From Spirochaetota bacterium (GTDB taxonomy: Bacteria; Spirochaetota; Spirochaetia; JABEVK01), in contig JAIFLN010000019.1 in NCBI GenBank assembly GCA_020049045.1, forward strand, positions 3,609 to 67,608: a stretch of DNA of 64,000 nt. Direction: 5' to 3'. The translations under genes were made by a program, and so were the position numbers. The notes under the pieces were generated by a model. The model searched no databases, had not been told where the DNA came from, and saw nothing but the letters and a program-made list of their open reading frames with translations. Below, piece after piece: positions 40,492 to 51,066 of the stretch; the first letter of the stretch is position 1, and the number at the start of each line of letters is the position of its first letter.

Positions 40492-41713
40492 AGGTTCCCA
40501 GGAGCTTGTCACTACGCCACCAGGCGATTTGTGCCCGGTTTCCGTCACTCAAAAAACCAACAAGAACTCCTGTTCTCGTGACCGTGAATTGAGAGAATAG
40601 GATATCGGCACGATCAAGATCGATGTTGCGCTCCAAAATGGTGGAACCATCGGCACGACACACCAGAAACCGATGCCGGCCAGCCTCAGGAGAACTGAGG
40701 AAAAACCCGGCACCACCTTCGCTAACGCCAAGGAACTCAAAAGGTCGGTCTCCCCAAGGCACCACCGTTTCTTCCTGTGTTTTCTGGCGCTTGAGGACAG
40801 GAAGGACGTAAGACTTCTGGTAACTCTTTTTGGCTAAGTCGTAAGTCCAAATCCGGCTTTGTGCCTGTTGAATCCCCGAAGCCGTCCGGGTTGTGGCATC
40901 CATCGTCTGTTGAAAATAGTCGACTTTCATATACAGACGACGCTGATGCCAGTCGGCAAAAATCGTTTCCATTTGAGGAAGCAGACCTTTATCGGCCCAA
41001 CCATCCGGCAGAGGCAGAGATTGAAGGGGGAGAAGAATCGTGTCGACGGGGTTGCCCTGGGGATCGTACCACCAAACAGCCCAGCCTTTACCAGTTCGGC
41101 AGATAACCACCAAATCTCCTGAAGCTGTCACTGTCAGACGCTCCACTTGAGGAAACGGGTTTCCGCCGATGCCTTCTTGACCCAGAAAGTCCAGGAACCG
41201 GCCATCACGATCAAACCGGAGCACCCGGCTTTCAAGGACCACTTCCAAAGCAGGGTCGACAATTCTTCGTTCTGTGGGAATACGATCTTCAACAAAAAGC
41301 TGATTTTGGTCCGTCAGAGCCATTTCTCCCAGTTCATGAAAGGGATAAGCAAAAGCTCGGCGGTTTTTGACTTGCCCGGGATTGGCTTGATTGGTGGCAG
41401 ACCCCACAAGCGCCGGAACAGGGTTTGCCTCAGGGTTATAGAAAAGAGTCAGCAGATCGCCATAACTCGAGAACTCCATAATCTTCCGGGCATTGCCATC
41501 GGAAATCATTACCAAGCCGTTGAAGAAGAGGAACCTGTTTCGCTCCGGAGAGCTCAGATCGGCCCTTTCGAACAAATCGATCTGGTCCTCCAACGTCCCC
41601 AGTTCCAGGGAAAACAGCGATTCTTTTGGCATCAACTGGGGGGTTTCCGGTGCGCAGGAAATCATGAGGAAAAACACCGGAATTATGGGAACAAAGGCGA
41701 GACGGGACTTCAT
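40472..41713 (-). CDS. Hypothetical lipoprotein
   Basis: Start MKSRLAFVPIIPVFFLMISC (lipobox) at 41713. The ORF track's 5' extension to 42178 runs antisense into secA and is rejected. Confidence 0.45.
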   Translation of the reverse strand: MKSRLAFVPIIPVFFLMISCAPETPQLMPKESLFSLELGTLEDQIDLFERADLSSPERNRFLFFNGLVMISDGNARKIMEFSSYGDLLTLFYNPEANPVPALVGSATNQANPGQVKNRRAFAYPFHELGEMALTDQNQLFVEDRIPTERRIVDPALEVVLESRVLRFDRDGRFLDFLGQEGIGGNPFPQVERLTVTASGDLVVICRTGKGWAVWWYDPQGNPVDTILLPLQSLPLPDGWADKGLLPQMETIFADWHQRRLYMKVDYFQQTMDATTRTASGIQQAQSRIWTYDLAKKSYQKSYVLPVLKRQKTQEETVVPWGDRPFEFLGVSEGGAGFFLSSPEAGRHRFLVCRADGSTILERNIDLDRADILFSQFTVTRTGVLVGFLSDGNRAQIAWWRSDKLLGTYAQTGF

Positions 41714-41803
41714 GATTTCAGGATAACAGGGGGTGGCCCCTTGGCCAACCCCTCCGAGTTTCGCCGCCTTGACCGCAGGGGGGTCTTCCTTTACATTGGT
41801 CCC

Positions 41804-44536
41804 ATGAACCTCCTGAACGTCCTTTTCGGATCCAAGCTCGAACGGGACCTGAAACAATTGCTTCCCGTACTCCATCAAATCAATGCCAAGGAAGCCTGGG
41901 CTGTCAGTCTGAAAGCTGAACAGTTTCCTTTGATCACCCAGTCTTTCCGAGACAGATTCCAGAAAGGGGAATCCCTCGATCTCTTGTTGCCGGAGGCGTA
42001 CGCCCTCGCCCGGGAAGCTGCCCGAAGGACCCTGGGAGAACGCCCCTATGACGTTCAGCTTCTCGGCGGTATTGTCCTGCATCAGGGCAAAATCATGGAA
42101 ATGAAAACAGGAGAAGGCAAAACCCTTTCCTCGGTTGCTGCGGCCTATCTTAATTCGATACCCGGCCTGGGCGTGCACATGGTGACGGTTAACGATTACT
42201 TGGCTGAACGCGATGCCAATTGGATGAAACCAGTCTATGATTACTTAGGAGTCAGTGTCGGCTGGATTCTTTCCGCCATGGACCCGGAAACCCGCCAGCC
42301 CCAGTATCAAGCGGATATCACCTATGCCACAAACAATGAGCTCGGGTTCGACTATCTGCGTGACAATATGCGCTGGGATCTTTCAAAAAAAGTTCAGCGG
42401 GTTCCCAATTACGCCATCATTGACGAAATCGACTCGATTCTCATCGATGAAAGCCGGACGCCGCTGATCATCTCCGGCGCTGTGGAAGACGATACGGCTA
42501 AAAATTTCCAGGCTGTCGATCCTTTGATCGGATTTTTAGATGAGTGCAACAAAGATCCAAAGACAGGGACGTATCCCGAAGAGCCCGAAGACCTCAAGGG
42601 TGACTACAAACTCGATGAGAAAGCAAAACGGATCATGTTCACCGATGAAGGTATGAACAAGATCGAGGGGTTGCTTCATCAGAGGAAGATGATTTCGGGC
42701 AGTCTTTTTGCCAGCGAGAATTTTGAGTTTATTCATTATTTCACCCAGGTTCTGCGGGCCCACAAACTCTTCCATCGAGAGGTGGATTATGTGGTTCAGG
42801 AAAGCAAGGTTGAAATCGTCGATGAATTCACGGGACGTATCCTTCACGGACGCCGGTATTCGGAGGGCTTGCATCAGGCCATTGAAGCAAAAGAAAAAAT
42901 CCGGGTTGCAGACCACAACAAGACTGTGGCGACCATTACGTTCCAGAACTACTTCCGTCTTTACAAAAAGCTGTCAGGTATGACGGGAACAGCCGACACC
43001 GAGGCTAAAGAATTTGCCAAAATCTATGGGCTGGATGTTGTCGTTATTCCCACCAACCGCCCTGTCGATCGAACTGACCAAGATGACACCATTTACTACA
43101 ACGAAGAGTTCAAGTTTGCGGCAATCTGCGATGAAATCGTCAAGGCTCAAAAGAAGGGCCAACCCGTCCTGGTCGGTACAGTAAGTATCGACAAGAGTGA
43201 GAAACTCTCGGCGTTTCTCATGCGAAAAGGTGTCCGCCACGAGGTCCTCAATGCAAAAAACCATGCCCGGGAAGCTCTGATCATCGCCGAAGCCGGAGCC
43301 GAGGGATCGGTGACCATCGCCACCAACATGGCCGGTCGCGGAACCGACATCAAGCTTGGCGGGAATCCGGAGTTCCGTGCCCGCCGAAAGGCTGGATCCG
43401 ATGTGGAACCAGAGGTCTATCAGCAGATTCTGGCCAAAGAGATTGATTCCACGAGAAAAGATTATGAAAAGGTAAAATCTCTGGGGGGTCTGTTGGTCAT
43501 TGGTACGGAGCGGCACGAAAGCCGGCGTATCGACAATCAGCTTCGGGGACGTTCCGGTCGTCAAGGTGACCCGGGCCGTTCGATCTTCTTCGTCAGTCTC
43601 GATGACACTCTGATGCGGTTGTTTGCCAACGACAATGTCCGCAATATGATGGGCAAACTCGGCATGGCCGGTGGTGAGCCGCTGAACCATCCTTGGTTGA
43701 CGAAAAGTCTTGAGAACGCCCAGAAAAAGGTAGAAGACCGCAACTTCGAGATTCGCAAGCACCTTTTGGACTACGACGACGTCTTGTCGGCCCAGCGGGC
43801 TTTCATCTACGAACAGCGGGATGCGATTCTGGTCGACGACAACCTCAAACAGCGCGTCCTTCATGCAGGCAGTGAACTGTTGGAGGACCTGTTTGAACCT
43901 TGGCAGAAGGCTGATGTGATGGCTGAACACCTCAATGAAGCCCTGGAATACCTCAAGGACAGCTTTTTTTACGTGCCTTCGGACGATCGGGTCCCCGAGC
44001 TGGCAGCTTTGTCTCCCAAAGCTTTCAAGACGGTCGTCCTTTCGTATCTCGAAGCGGACCTTGCCGATAAAGAAAACCAAGTAGGTCATGATCCCTTGAA
44101 TTTCTTCATCCGTGCCGAATATTTGCGCCGCATCGATACACTCTGGCAGGAACATTTGGAAACCATGGAGGAATTGCGAGACGCTGTATCCCTGCGGGCC
44201 TATGCACAGAAGAATCCCCTACTCGAATATAAAGTTGAAGGCTTTGAGCAATTCGACAAATTGATTGGGGAAATCAAAACGGGGATTGCCAAGAAGATGT
44301 TTAAAATTCGGATCCAGCAGGCACCAACAGCTCCTGTGGTCCGAGACAGGGTTCCGGCGCAAATCAAACAGACCCATGTCTCAATGGGCAGTTATGGAGC
44401 GATGGCCCAGCAAGGGGAACGCAAGGAAGCCCAGGGAGACCATGTGACCGTGCAGCGAGCTCAACCCAAGGTTGGTCGAAATGATCTCTGTCCATGCGGC
44501 TCTGGGAAAAAATACAAGCTGTGCCACGGTCGCTGA
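41804..44536 (+). CDS. secA: Preprotein translocase ATPase SecA
   Basis: Start MNLLNVLFG at 41804, within the ORF that begins at 41147. Walker A MKTGEGKT. C-terminal zinc motif CPCGSGKKYKLCHG. Confidence 0.9.
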   Translation: MNLLNVLFGSKLERDLKQLLPVLHQINAKEAWAVSLKAEQFPLITQSFRDRFQKGESLDLLLPEAYALAREAARRTLGERPYDVQLLGGIVLHQGKIMEMKTGEGKTLSSVAAAYLNSIPGLGVHMVTVNDYLAERDANWMKPVYDYLGVSVGWILSAMDPETRQPQYQADITYATNNELGFDYLRDNMRWDLSKKVQRVPNYAIIDEIDSILIDESRTPLIISGAVEDDTAKNFQAVDPLIGFLDECNKDPKTGTYPEEPEDLKGDYKLDEKAKRIMFTDEGMNKIEGLLHQRKMISGSLFASENFEFIHYFTQVLRAHKLFHREVDYVVQESKVEIVDEFTGRILHGRRYSEGLHQAIEAKEKIRVADHNKTVATITFQNYFRLYKKLSGMTGTADTEAKEFAKIYGLDVVVIPTNRPVDRTDQDDTIYYNEEFKFAAICDEIVKAQKKGQPVLVGTVSIDKSEKLSAFLMRKGVRHEVLNAKNHAREALIIAEAGAEGSVTIATNMAGRGTDIKLGGNPEFRARRKAGSDVEPEVYQQILAKEIDSTRKDYEKVKSLGGLLVIGTERHESRRIDNQLRGRSGRQGDPGRSIFFVSLDDTLMRLFANDNVRNMMGKLGMAGGEPLNHPWLTKSLENAQKKVEDRNFEIRKHLLDYDDVLSAQRAFIYEQRDAILVDDNLKQRVLHAGSELLEDLFEPWQKADVMAEHLNEALEYLKDSFFYVPSDDRVPELAALSPKAFKTVVLSYLEADLADKENQVGHDPLNFFIRAEYLRRIDTLWQEHLETMEELRDAVSLRAYAQKNPLLEYKVEGFEQFDKLIGEIKTGIAKKMFKIRIQQAPTAPVVRDRVPAQIKQTHVSMGSYGAMAQQGERKEAQGDHVTVQRAQPKVGRNDLCPCGSGKKYKLCHGR

Positions 44537-46209
44537 CTTTACTTCTCGCCATTGGGATTCTCCTCAGTGCCCAACTAACAGCTCAGGATTGGCCTTTAGC
44601 AGGGAAAAACATCGAACCACAATGGACCATCTCCGTGCCTGCGGGCCCGGTGACCGCAGGGCAGAGCTTTGAGGTCACCGTCGAGGTGCTCCTCCCCTCG
44701 GGGTATTACCAGGATGTTGAGTCACCGTTTCTACTTTTCGAGCCCGCAGCTCCGATTCAGGTTCTCGAACGCTCCTCGTCACAACCCCAGCTGCGAAGCG
44801 GCAAGCCCAGCTTTACGGATCGGTTTGTTCTCCGACGCCTTGTGGAATTACCAATTGGGACACCTTCTGGGTTGTTCCCACTTACCTGGCAGGCCGGTTG
44901 GCAGATTTGCCAGGTCGATGGTATCTGTCTTTTACCGGCTCAACGAGTCATTGAAACTGAGATCAGGGTAGTTTCCTCTCCAGCAACGGTGAATTCTTCC
45001 ATACGCTTGGATTTCTGGATCGCTTTGGCGGGTGCTTTTCTAGGCGGGATGCTGCTCAACTTGATGCCCTGTGTCTTTCCTGTGTTGACACTGAAAGCCT
45101 TGGGCTTAGCGTCTGCGGCAAAGCTGACCCTTCTTCAACGGAGAAAAGACTCACTGTTTTTCGCAGCGGGCGGGTTTGGAACACTCTTGAGCTTGGGCAT
45201 TGTTACTTCCTTGGTCGCCTGGGCTGGGGTCCGCCTTGACTGGGGATTCACGTTTCAGCAACCGCTGTTTGTTTGGGTGTTAGCACTTGCCTTCTGGTTG
45301 TTTGCACTCCAACTTTGGGGCCTTTGGTCCTGGAACTCGTCACCTTTTTCACTCACGGCCAGTTCACAATTTGGTTGGGGCCGCTCGTTTTCCGGAGGTG
45401 CTTTTCTTGTTCTGGCGGCAGCACCTTGCACGGCGCCTCTTCTTGGCCCGGCGATCGGCTTTGCTTTTACGCAGCCGCCGGTTCTCATTCCGCTTTTTTT
45501 CGCATCGGCGGGCCTGGGGCTCGTCGCTCCATTGGTGGCACTTTCCTGGTTTCCTTCCATCGCGAGCATTCTGCCCAAACCGGGGCCGTGGATGATCCTG
45601 GTGGAACGGATCGCAGGATATTTCTTAGCAGCAACCGTCCTGTACTTACTTTGGGTGCTGACACGCCAGACTGAAGCCGATCGAGTCTGGCTTGCCTTGA
45701 GTCTTTTGGGACTTACGGCAGCAGCCCTGGGGCTGGCGGGCCGAAGACCTTCCACAAAAACTGCAAAGGCTCTCACTTTGGTTATGCTACTGGGGGTAGC
45801 GGGAGGAACCATTCCTCTTCTGGCACCTGTCGCAGAAACTGCCATCAACCAAGACACCGCCGATTCTGGCTGGTCTGATTTTTCAGAAAAGGCCCTCAAA
45901 GAGGCCCTTGATTCCGGCAGGCCCGTCTTCGTCGATGCAACGGCAGCTTGGTGCGCAACCTGTCAGATCAACGAACTGGCGGTGCTCAGCCGGCCTGATG
46001 TGAGAGAAATGTTCCAACAGCAGAAAATCGTTTTGCTGAGGGCGGACTACACCAAACCGGACCCCATGATACAGCGGTGGCTGACCTCAGTCGGTCGTGC
46101 GGGGCTGCCGGTTTATGCCCTGTATCAAACGGGAAAGCCGGTATATCTGTTCCCTGAGTTGCTGACCGATGATAATTTCACATCAATGATTCCTCAATTG
46201 GTTCGGTAA
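44494..46209 (+). CDS. dsbD: Thiol:disulfide interchange protein DsbD
   Basis: 571 aa. N-terminal domain with CQVDGIC (Cx5C). TM domain Cys (LMPCVFPV, AAPCTAPLL). C-terminal thioredoxin WCATC. Start is uncertain, since the ORF overlaps the secA 3' end by 43 bp. Confidence 0.75.
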   Translation: MRLWEKIQAVPRSLTLLLAIGILLSAQLTAQDWPLAGKNIEPQWTISVPAGPVTAGQSFEVTVEVLLPSGYYQDVESPFLLFEPAAPIQVLERSSSQPQLRSGKPSFTDRFVLRRLVELPIGTPSGLFPLTWQAGWQICQVDGICLLPAQRVIETEIRVVSSPATVNSSIRLDFWIALAGAFLGGMLLNLMPCVFPVLTLKALGLASAAKLTLLQRRKDSLFFAAGGFGTLLSLGIVTSLVAWAGVRLDWGFTFQQPLFVWVLALAFWLFALQLWGLWSWNSSPFSLTASSQFGWGRSFSGGAFLVLAAAPCTAPLLGPAIGFAFTQPPVLIPLFFASAGLGLVAPLVALSWFPSIASILPKPGPWMILVERIAGYFLAATVLYLLWVLTRQTEADRVWLALSLLGLTAAALGLAGRRPSTKTAKALTLVMLLGVAGGTIPLLAPVAETAINQDTADSGWSDFSEKALKEALDSGRPVFVDATAAWCATCQINELAVLSRPDVREMFQQQKIVLLRADYTKPDPMIQRWLTSVGRAGLPVYALYQTGKPVYLFPELLTDDNFTSMIPQLVR

Positions 46210-46211
46210 CC

Positions 46212-47456
46212 TTGATCTTCCTGCCACTGAAAAACTTGTTCGGACCGTATCTTGCTCTTCCTCGAGGAGTCTGGGCCCTTTTTGGCGCCATCTTCGTCAA
46301 CAGGATGGGAAATTTCGTTTATCCCTTTCTCACTCTTTACCTTACTCAGAAATCTGGGTACTCCGCCGCCCAAGCTGGTTTTTTTATCATGTTGATGCCA
46401 CTTGCTGTCATCCCGGCCCTGCTGGGAGGTGGTTGGATGGCAGATTATTGGGGACGCCGGAGAGTGCTGCTGGTAGCGCAGACTCTTGCGGGATCGGTGT
46501 ACATTCTGGCAGGCTTTCAACCTGAAAGCCCGCTTGTTCCTTTCTTCATGATACTGTCTATGTTTCTGGCTAATGTCGCTCAAGTGGGGCATAATGCCAT
46601 GCTCAATGATCTCACCACCCCTTCAAACCGAAAGACCGCATTTTCTCTCAACTACCTGGGGATCAATTTAGGATTTTCTGTCGGTCCCTTGCTGGCAGGA
46701 TTTTTATTCGACTCAAACCTGGGACTATTCTTCCTTCTGGACGGTCTTTCCACCTGGGTTTCAGTAGCTCTTGTCTTTTTTTTGACAAAGGAAACTCTCC
46801 CGGTATCTCAAAACAAAGAAGAAGCACGAGCCCCGGGTGAGGCCCGAGCCGATGGTTCTCTGCTGAAAGCGTTATTCCAGAGGCCTTACTTTTTAGGATT
46901 TCTGGCAATCGGATTTCTCTCCAATGCCGTTTACAGTCAGCATACCTTCAGTCTTCCCCTGCAGCTCATGCAAGATTTTTCTACCGAAGGGCCGGGGATT
47001 TTTGGACTCTTGATGGCCGTCAATGGTTTGACGGTAGTCTTAGGTACCACCATTCTTACCCGTTTGACCACCCGATTTTCCAGCTTGCTTGTGGTAGCCT
47101 TTTCCTCTGTCCTTTACGCCGTCGGGTTCGGCATGATTGGGTCGCTGTCGGCCTTCCCTGGACCGATCCTGCTCTGGTTTGTGGTTTCTACGGCCATTTG
47201 GACTCTGGGAGAAATTCTCTCCAGTGTATCGGGTCACGTCTATACAGCGGCCCATACCCCTGCCAACCATAGGGGCAGGTTCAATTCTGTCCGTATGATT
47301 TCCTGGAACCTTTCTTCCGCACTCTCTACAGCTTTAGTAGGCCTTTTTATCGGAGCCTGGGGAATATCGACCCTCTGGGCAGTGCTGGCGTTGGTTTCTC
47401 TTGTATCGGCTGCCGCCCTCTATGGGATGCATCTCAGGGAGAAAGACCGTTCTTGA
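46212..47456 (+). CDS. MFS transporter
   Basis: 414 aa; 12 predicted TM helices; typical MFS loop 2-3 motif (ADYWGRRRVLL). Confidence 0.75.
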   Translation: MIFLPLKNLFGPYLALPRGVWALFGAIFVNRMGNFVYPFLTLYLTQKSGYSAAQAGFFIMLMPLAVIPALLGGGWMADYWGRRRVLLVAQTLAGSVYILAGFQPESPLVPFFMILSMFLANVAQVGHNAMLNDLTTPSNRKTAFSLNYLGINLGFSVGPLLAGFLFDSNLGLFFLLDGLSTWVSVALVFFLTKETLPVSQNKEEARAPGEARADGSLLKALFQRPYFLGFLAIGFLSNAVYSQHTFSLPLQLMQDFSTEGPGIFGLLMAVNGLTVVLGTTILTRLTTRFSSLLVVAFSSVLYAVGFGMIGSLSAFPGPILLWFVVSTAIWTLGEILSSVSGHVYTAAHTPANHRGRFNSVRMISWNLSSALSTALVGLFIGAWGISTLWAVLALVSLVSAAALYGMHLREKDRS

Positions 47457-47493
47457 CCTTGTGTCGGAGGCTCTATAGATTGATCAAACGAGG

Positions 47494-47844
47494 GTGTTTA
47501 TGTCCGACAAAAGACAAGAGCCACGCTATGCCTTTGACGATGAAGTCAGCTTGGTTTTGACAGGACAAGCACCAGCTTTGGCCCAGGTGATGGATGTTTC
47601 AGCCCATGGTTTGAGACTGCGTTTTCAGCAAAACCTGAATCCACAAACCGTTTTGCGTGTGCGATTCGATTTTCTGAATCCCAGTCAGGCAGAAGCGGTT
47701 CTCACAATTCCAGGTGAAGTTATGCACCACTTTCCCGAACCCGGTGGTACTTCTTGGCAGATCGGAATCAGATTGAACTTCGACAGTCCGTCACAGGAAC
47801 AATCCTTCCAACAAGCTCTTCAGACTCTTATGGAGTCACTTTAA
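47494..47844 (+). CDS. PilZ-domain protein (putative c-di-GMP receptor)
   Basis: 116 aa; RQEPR (RxxxR) and DVSAHG (DxSxxG) PilZ signature motifs. Confidence 0.55.
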   Translation: MFMSDKRQEPRYAFDDEVSLVLTGQAPALAQVMDVSAHGLRLRFQQNLNPQTVLRVRFDFLNPSQAEAVLTIPGEVMHHFPEPGGTSWQIGIRLNFDSPSQEQSFQQALQTLMESL

Positions 47845-47913
47845 GCTCCTTTCAAAGCCGCTGGACGGTGTAACACCTTTTCGCTAAAATGGCCACCTGC
47901 GGAGGGTTATTCC

Positions 47914-49938
47914 ATGAGCATCAAAGGTTTACGAAACATCGGCATCATGGCCCATATTGACGCCGGCAAAACAACCACCTCAGAAAGAATTCTGTTCTAT
48001 ACCGGAAAAACCCATCGGCTGGGAGAGGTCGATACGGGGAATGCCACCATGGACTGGATGGAACAGGAACAGGACAGAGGGATCACCATCACCTCTGCTG
48101 CCACAACCTGCCTCTGGCACGATTGGCAAATCAATCTGATCGACACCCCGGGCCATGTTGACTTTACTGCGGAAGTGGAACGGTCCCTTCGCGTTCTCGA
48201 CGGCGCAGTCGGTGTTTTTTCGGCTGTCGATGGTGTTCAACCGCAATCCGAGACAGTTTGGCATCAAGCCGACCGTTACAAGGTTCCCAGGATCGCCTAC
48301 ATCAACAAAATGGACCGCGTCGGGGCTGATTTTGCTATGTGTCTGTCAGAGATTCGAGAAAAGCTGGGAGCCAACCCCTTGGCCGTCCAGCTCCCCATGG
48401 GCGCTGAAAATGACTTCGTCGGTGTGGTTGATCTGCTGACCCTTCAAGAACTGCGCTGGGGTGGATCCGATGGAACGGAGATTCAGGCCTCACCTCTTTC
48501 CAGTGTCTGGCTGGAAAAAGCTGAAACAGCACGCGATACCCTCGTAGACGGTCTTTCCGCCTTCAGTGACGAAATGACAGAGCTCTATCTTGAGGGGGCT
48601 CAGATTCCCCTGGAACTGATTAAACAGGTATTGCGCAAAGCGGTTCTGGAACGAAAAGTCGTACCGGTTTTCGCGGGTGCCTCCCTACGCAATATCGGCG
48701 TTCAGCCGCTTCTTGACGGAGTTGTGGACTATCTTCCCTCGCCCGATGAACTGCCCCCCTTCCATGGATTTCATCTGAAGAAAGAGGAAGACGTCGAGAT
48801 TAAACCCGATGCTTCCGGAAACCTGCTGGCTCTGGTTTTCAAAATTCAAAACGATCCTCAAGCAGGCCTCTACAGCTATGTCCGTGTGTATTCTGGCACT
48901 TTGAAATCCGGCAGTCAGCTCCTGAATATCGGTAAAAAGAAACGGGAAAGGGTAAACCGGTTGCTTCGGATGCACGCCAACCGTGCCGAGGCGGTGGATA
49001 CCCTGGTTGCCGGTGATATTGGAGTCATCGTGGGTCTGAAAGAAAGCCAGACCGGCGATACGCTGGGTCTCGACAACTACCCTGTGCTACTGGAGAAAAT
49101 GCAGTTTCCCCAACCGGTCATCAGCGTTGCCATCGAGCCGCAGAGCACCGAAGAGGCCGGTAAACTGACCAGCGTGCTGGGAACTCTGATGCTCGAAGAC
49201 CCCACCTTTCTGGTCAAAGAGGACAAGGAGACCGGCCAAACACTGATATCGGGAATGGGTGAGCTTCACCTGGACGTGCTGGTTACCCGGATCACCAAAG
49301 AATTCAAGGTGAAAGCTCGTGTCGGCAACCCGCAGGTCAGCTATCGGGAGACAGTGACAGTTCCTGTGACCCATACGGAAATCTTTGACAGGACCCTAGC
49401 CGGTAAAGAAAACCACGCTGTCATTACACTGGAAGTCAAACCCGGCAGCCGTGGCACGGGCAATGTGTTCCACACGAAAGTTCCCAAGGGGCAGCTGCCA
49501 GAAGTTTTCCAGGATGCTGTGGAACGAGGCGTCAGGGGGGCTTTCACAAGCGGAGTGTTGTTGGGATACCCCCTGATCGACGTGGACGTCTCCCTGATTG
49601 GTGCAAAATATGATGAGCTTACAGCCAGCGAATTCGCCTTTGAGGCCGCCGGTTCACTGGGTTTTGACAACGCCGCGCGGCTTGGAAGCCCGGTTCAGCT
49701 GGAACCCATTATGAAGGTGACAATTCTCTCTCCCCGGGATTTTGTTGGGGAGGTTGTAGGCTACCTGAGTCAGAAGGGGGGAATCGTGCATTCCATGGAC
49801 AGCCAAGCTACCCGCGAAATCATTCATAGTGAAGTTCCCATGGTGAAAATGTTCGGGTTTACGACAGGACTTCGGTCGATGACCCAGGGACGAGGAACTT
49901 TCAGTATGGAATTCAGCCATTTTGCTCCCAAAGGATGA
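47914..49938 (+). CDS. fusA: Elongation factor G family GTPase (EF-G paralog)
   Basis: 674 aa; [17 protein letters not shown] and NKMD G-motifs; EF-G domains II-V. Confidence 0.8.
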   Translation: MSIKGLRNIGIMAHIDAGKTTTSERILFYTGKTHRLGEVDTGNATMDWMEQEQDRGITITSAATTCLWHDWQINLIDTPGHVDFTAEVERSLRVLDGAVGVFSAVDGVQPQSETVWHQADRYKVPRIAYINKMDRVGADFAMCLSEIREKLGANPLAVQLPMGAENDFVGVVDLLTLQELRWGGSDGTEIQASPLSSVWLEKAETARDTLVDGLSAFSDEMTELYLEGAQIPLELIKQVLRKAVLERKVVPVFAGASLRNIGVQPLLDGVVDYLPSPDELPPFHGFHLKKEEDVEIKPDASGNLLALVFKIQNDPQAGLYSYVRVYSGTLKSGSQLLNIGKKKRERVNRLLRMHANRAEAVDTLVAGDIGVIVGLKESQTGDTLGLDNYPVLLEKMQFPQPVISVAIEPQSTEEAGKLTSVLGTLMLEDPTFLVKEDKETGQTLISGMGELHLDVLVTRITKEFKVKARVGNPQVSYRETVTVPVTHTEIFDRTLAGKENHAVITLEVKPGSRGTGNVFHTKVPKGQLPEVFQDAVERGVRGAFTSGVLLGYPLIDVDVSLIGAKYDELTASEFAFEAAGSLGFDNAARLGSPVQLEPIMKVTILSPRDFVGEVVGYLSQKGGIVHSMDSQATREIIHSEVPMVKMFGFTTGLRSMTQGRGTFSMEFSHFAPKG

Positions 49939-49941
49939 ACC

Positions 49942-51066
49942 GTGACCCAACAAGGTTTCGTCGAAAAACTCGTCTCTGGCGGTGACGGATTGGTTCGGGA
50001 CGACGGCCTTGTTGTGTTTGTACCGGGAGTGTTGCCCGGCGAAAAGATTCTGTATCGGCCAGGACCCATCAGAAAAGGGTTCTCCCGAGGCACCCTTCTT
50101 GAAGTGCTGGTATCGTCTGAGGACAGAAGAGAACCTCCTTGTCCTCTTTATGGGGAATGCGGCGGCTGCGATTTTATGCACCTGTCCGACCTTGCCCAAC
50201 AGAAAGCAAAGACCAGACTCGTCCAGGAAGCCTTCCGCCGTCTGGGAAAGAAAGAGATTGCGCTCCCGGAGTTGGTCGCCGGTCCCCCCTGGGGCTATCG
50301 GGCGCGGATACAGCTTCACAAAGATCACCCTGGGGCAAGCGCCGGTTTTAAGGCACGGGGCTCCGATCGGACCATTCCCGTAACTTATTGTGCTGTGGCT
50401 GCGCCTGGTTTTTCCCCCTTGCTCGCGGGAGGCGGAGCCGGTCTGCCTGTCGGCAGAACCAATGTCTTTGCGGTAGGGAACGAGGTGTGGATCGAAGGCA
50501 AAGATCCGTTTGTGACCCTGACTCTGGCGGGAAAGCCTTTGGTATCGGCGCTGGACGGGTTCTTCCAAAGCAACCTGATACTGCTTCCCCTGCTGATACA
50601 AGAAGTACTGGAAAGCTTACCAAGAAGCGGTACGAAAGTGCTGGATCTCTATGGCGGCTCCGGGCTTTTCGGGGCTTTTCTGGCCGATCGGTTCGAGACC
50701 GTCGTGGAAGTTGAGCAGAACCCCGCTGCCCTCGCCTTGGCAAGGAAAAATGTTGTCGGACCTTTCCATGAATTTTATCCAACATCGCTAGAAGCTTGGG
50801 TTGGGCATCAAAACCAAAGAGTAACGCAGAAACTGGATGCTATCGTTGTTGACCCACCAAGAACGGGGCTTTCTTCCGAGGTAACGAACTATCTTGGCAG
50901 AGGGTCGGTGCCAAGACTCACCTATGTATCCTGCAACCCGGATACCCTGGCAAGGGATACCCGGACTCTTGAAACACTGGGTTGGTCCATGACGGGTTTG
51001 AAACTTTTCGATTTCTACCCTCAAACAACCCATATCGAAGCGGTGGCTCGGTTTGTCAGATTGTAG
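49942..51066 (+). CDS. RumA/RlmD-family 23S rRNA (uracil-C5)-methyltransferase
   Basis: 374 aa; TRAM-like N-terminus, Fe-S Cys cluster (CPLYGECGGCDFMHL), SAM motif DLYGGSGLFG and DPPRTG. Confidence 0.75.
   Translation: MTQQGFVEKLVSGGDGLVRDDGLVVFVPGVLPGEKILYRPGPIRKGFSRGTLLEVLVSSEDRREPPCPLYGECGGCDFMHLSDLAQQKAKTRLVQEAFRRLGKKEIALPELVAGPPWGYRARIQLHKDHPGASAGFKARGSDRTIPVTYCAVAAPGFSPLLAGGGAGLPVGRTNVFAVGNEVWIEGKDPFVTLTLAGKPLVSALDGFFQSNLILLPLLIQEVLESLPRSGTKVLDLYGGSGLFGAFLADRFETVVEVEQNPAALALARKNVVGPFHEFYPTSLEAWVGHQNQRVTQKLDAIVVDPPRTGLSSEVTNYLGRGSVPRLTYVSCNPDTLARDTRTLETLGWSMTGLKLFDFYPQTTHIEAVARFVRL

Noticed and set aside
41714-41803. Divergent spacer between the lipoprotein gene and secA considered as a possible replication origin (minus-to-plus strand switch)
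   Set aside because: No dnaA/dnaN nearby and no convincing DnaA boxes (TTATCCACA/TGTGGATAA). Only a partial GGATAACA, and the spacer is just 90 bp.
41714-42178. 5' extension of the 40472..42178 ORF overlapping secA on the opposite strand
   Set aside because: An internal ATG at 41713 gives a canonical lipoprotein signal peptide (MKSRLAFVPIIPVFFLMISC), and the upstream 155 codons have no features and collide with secA.
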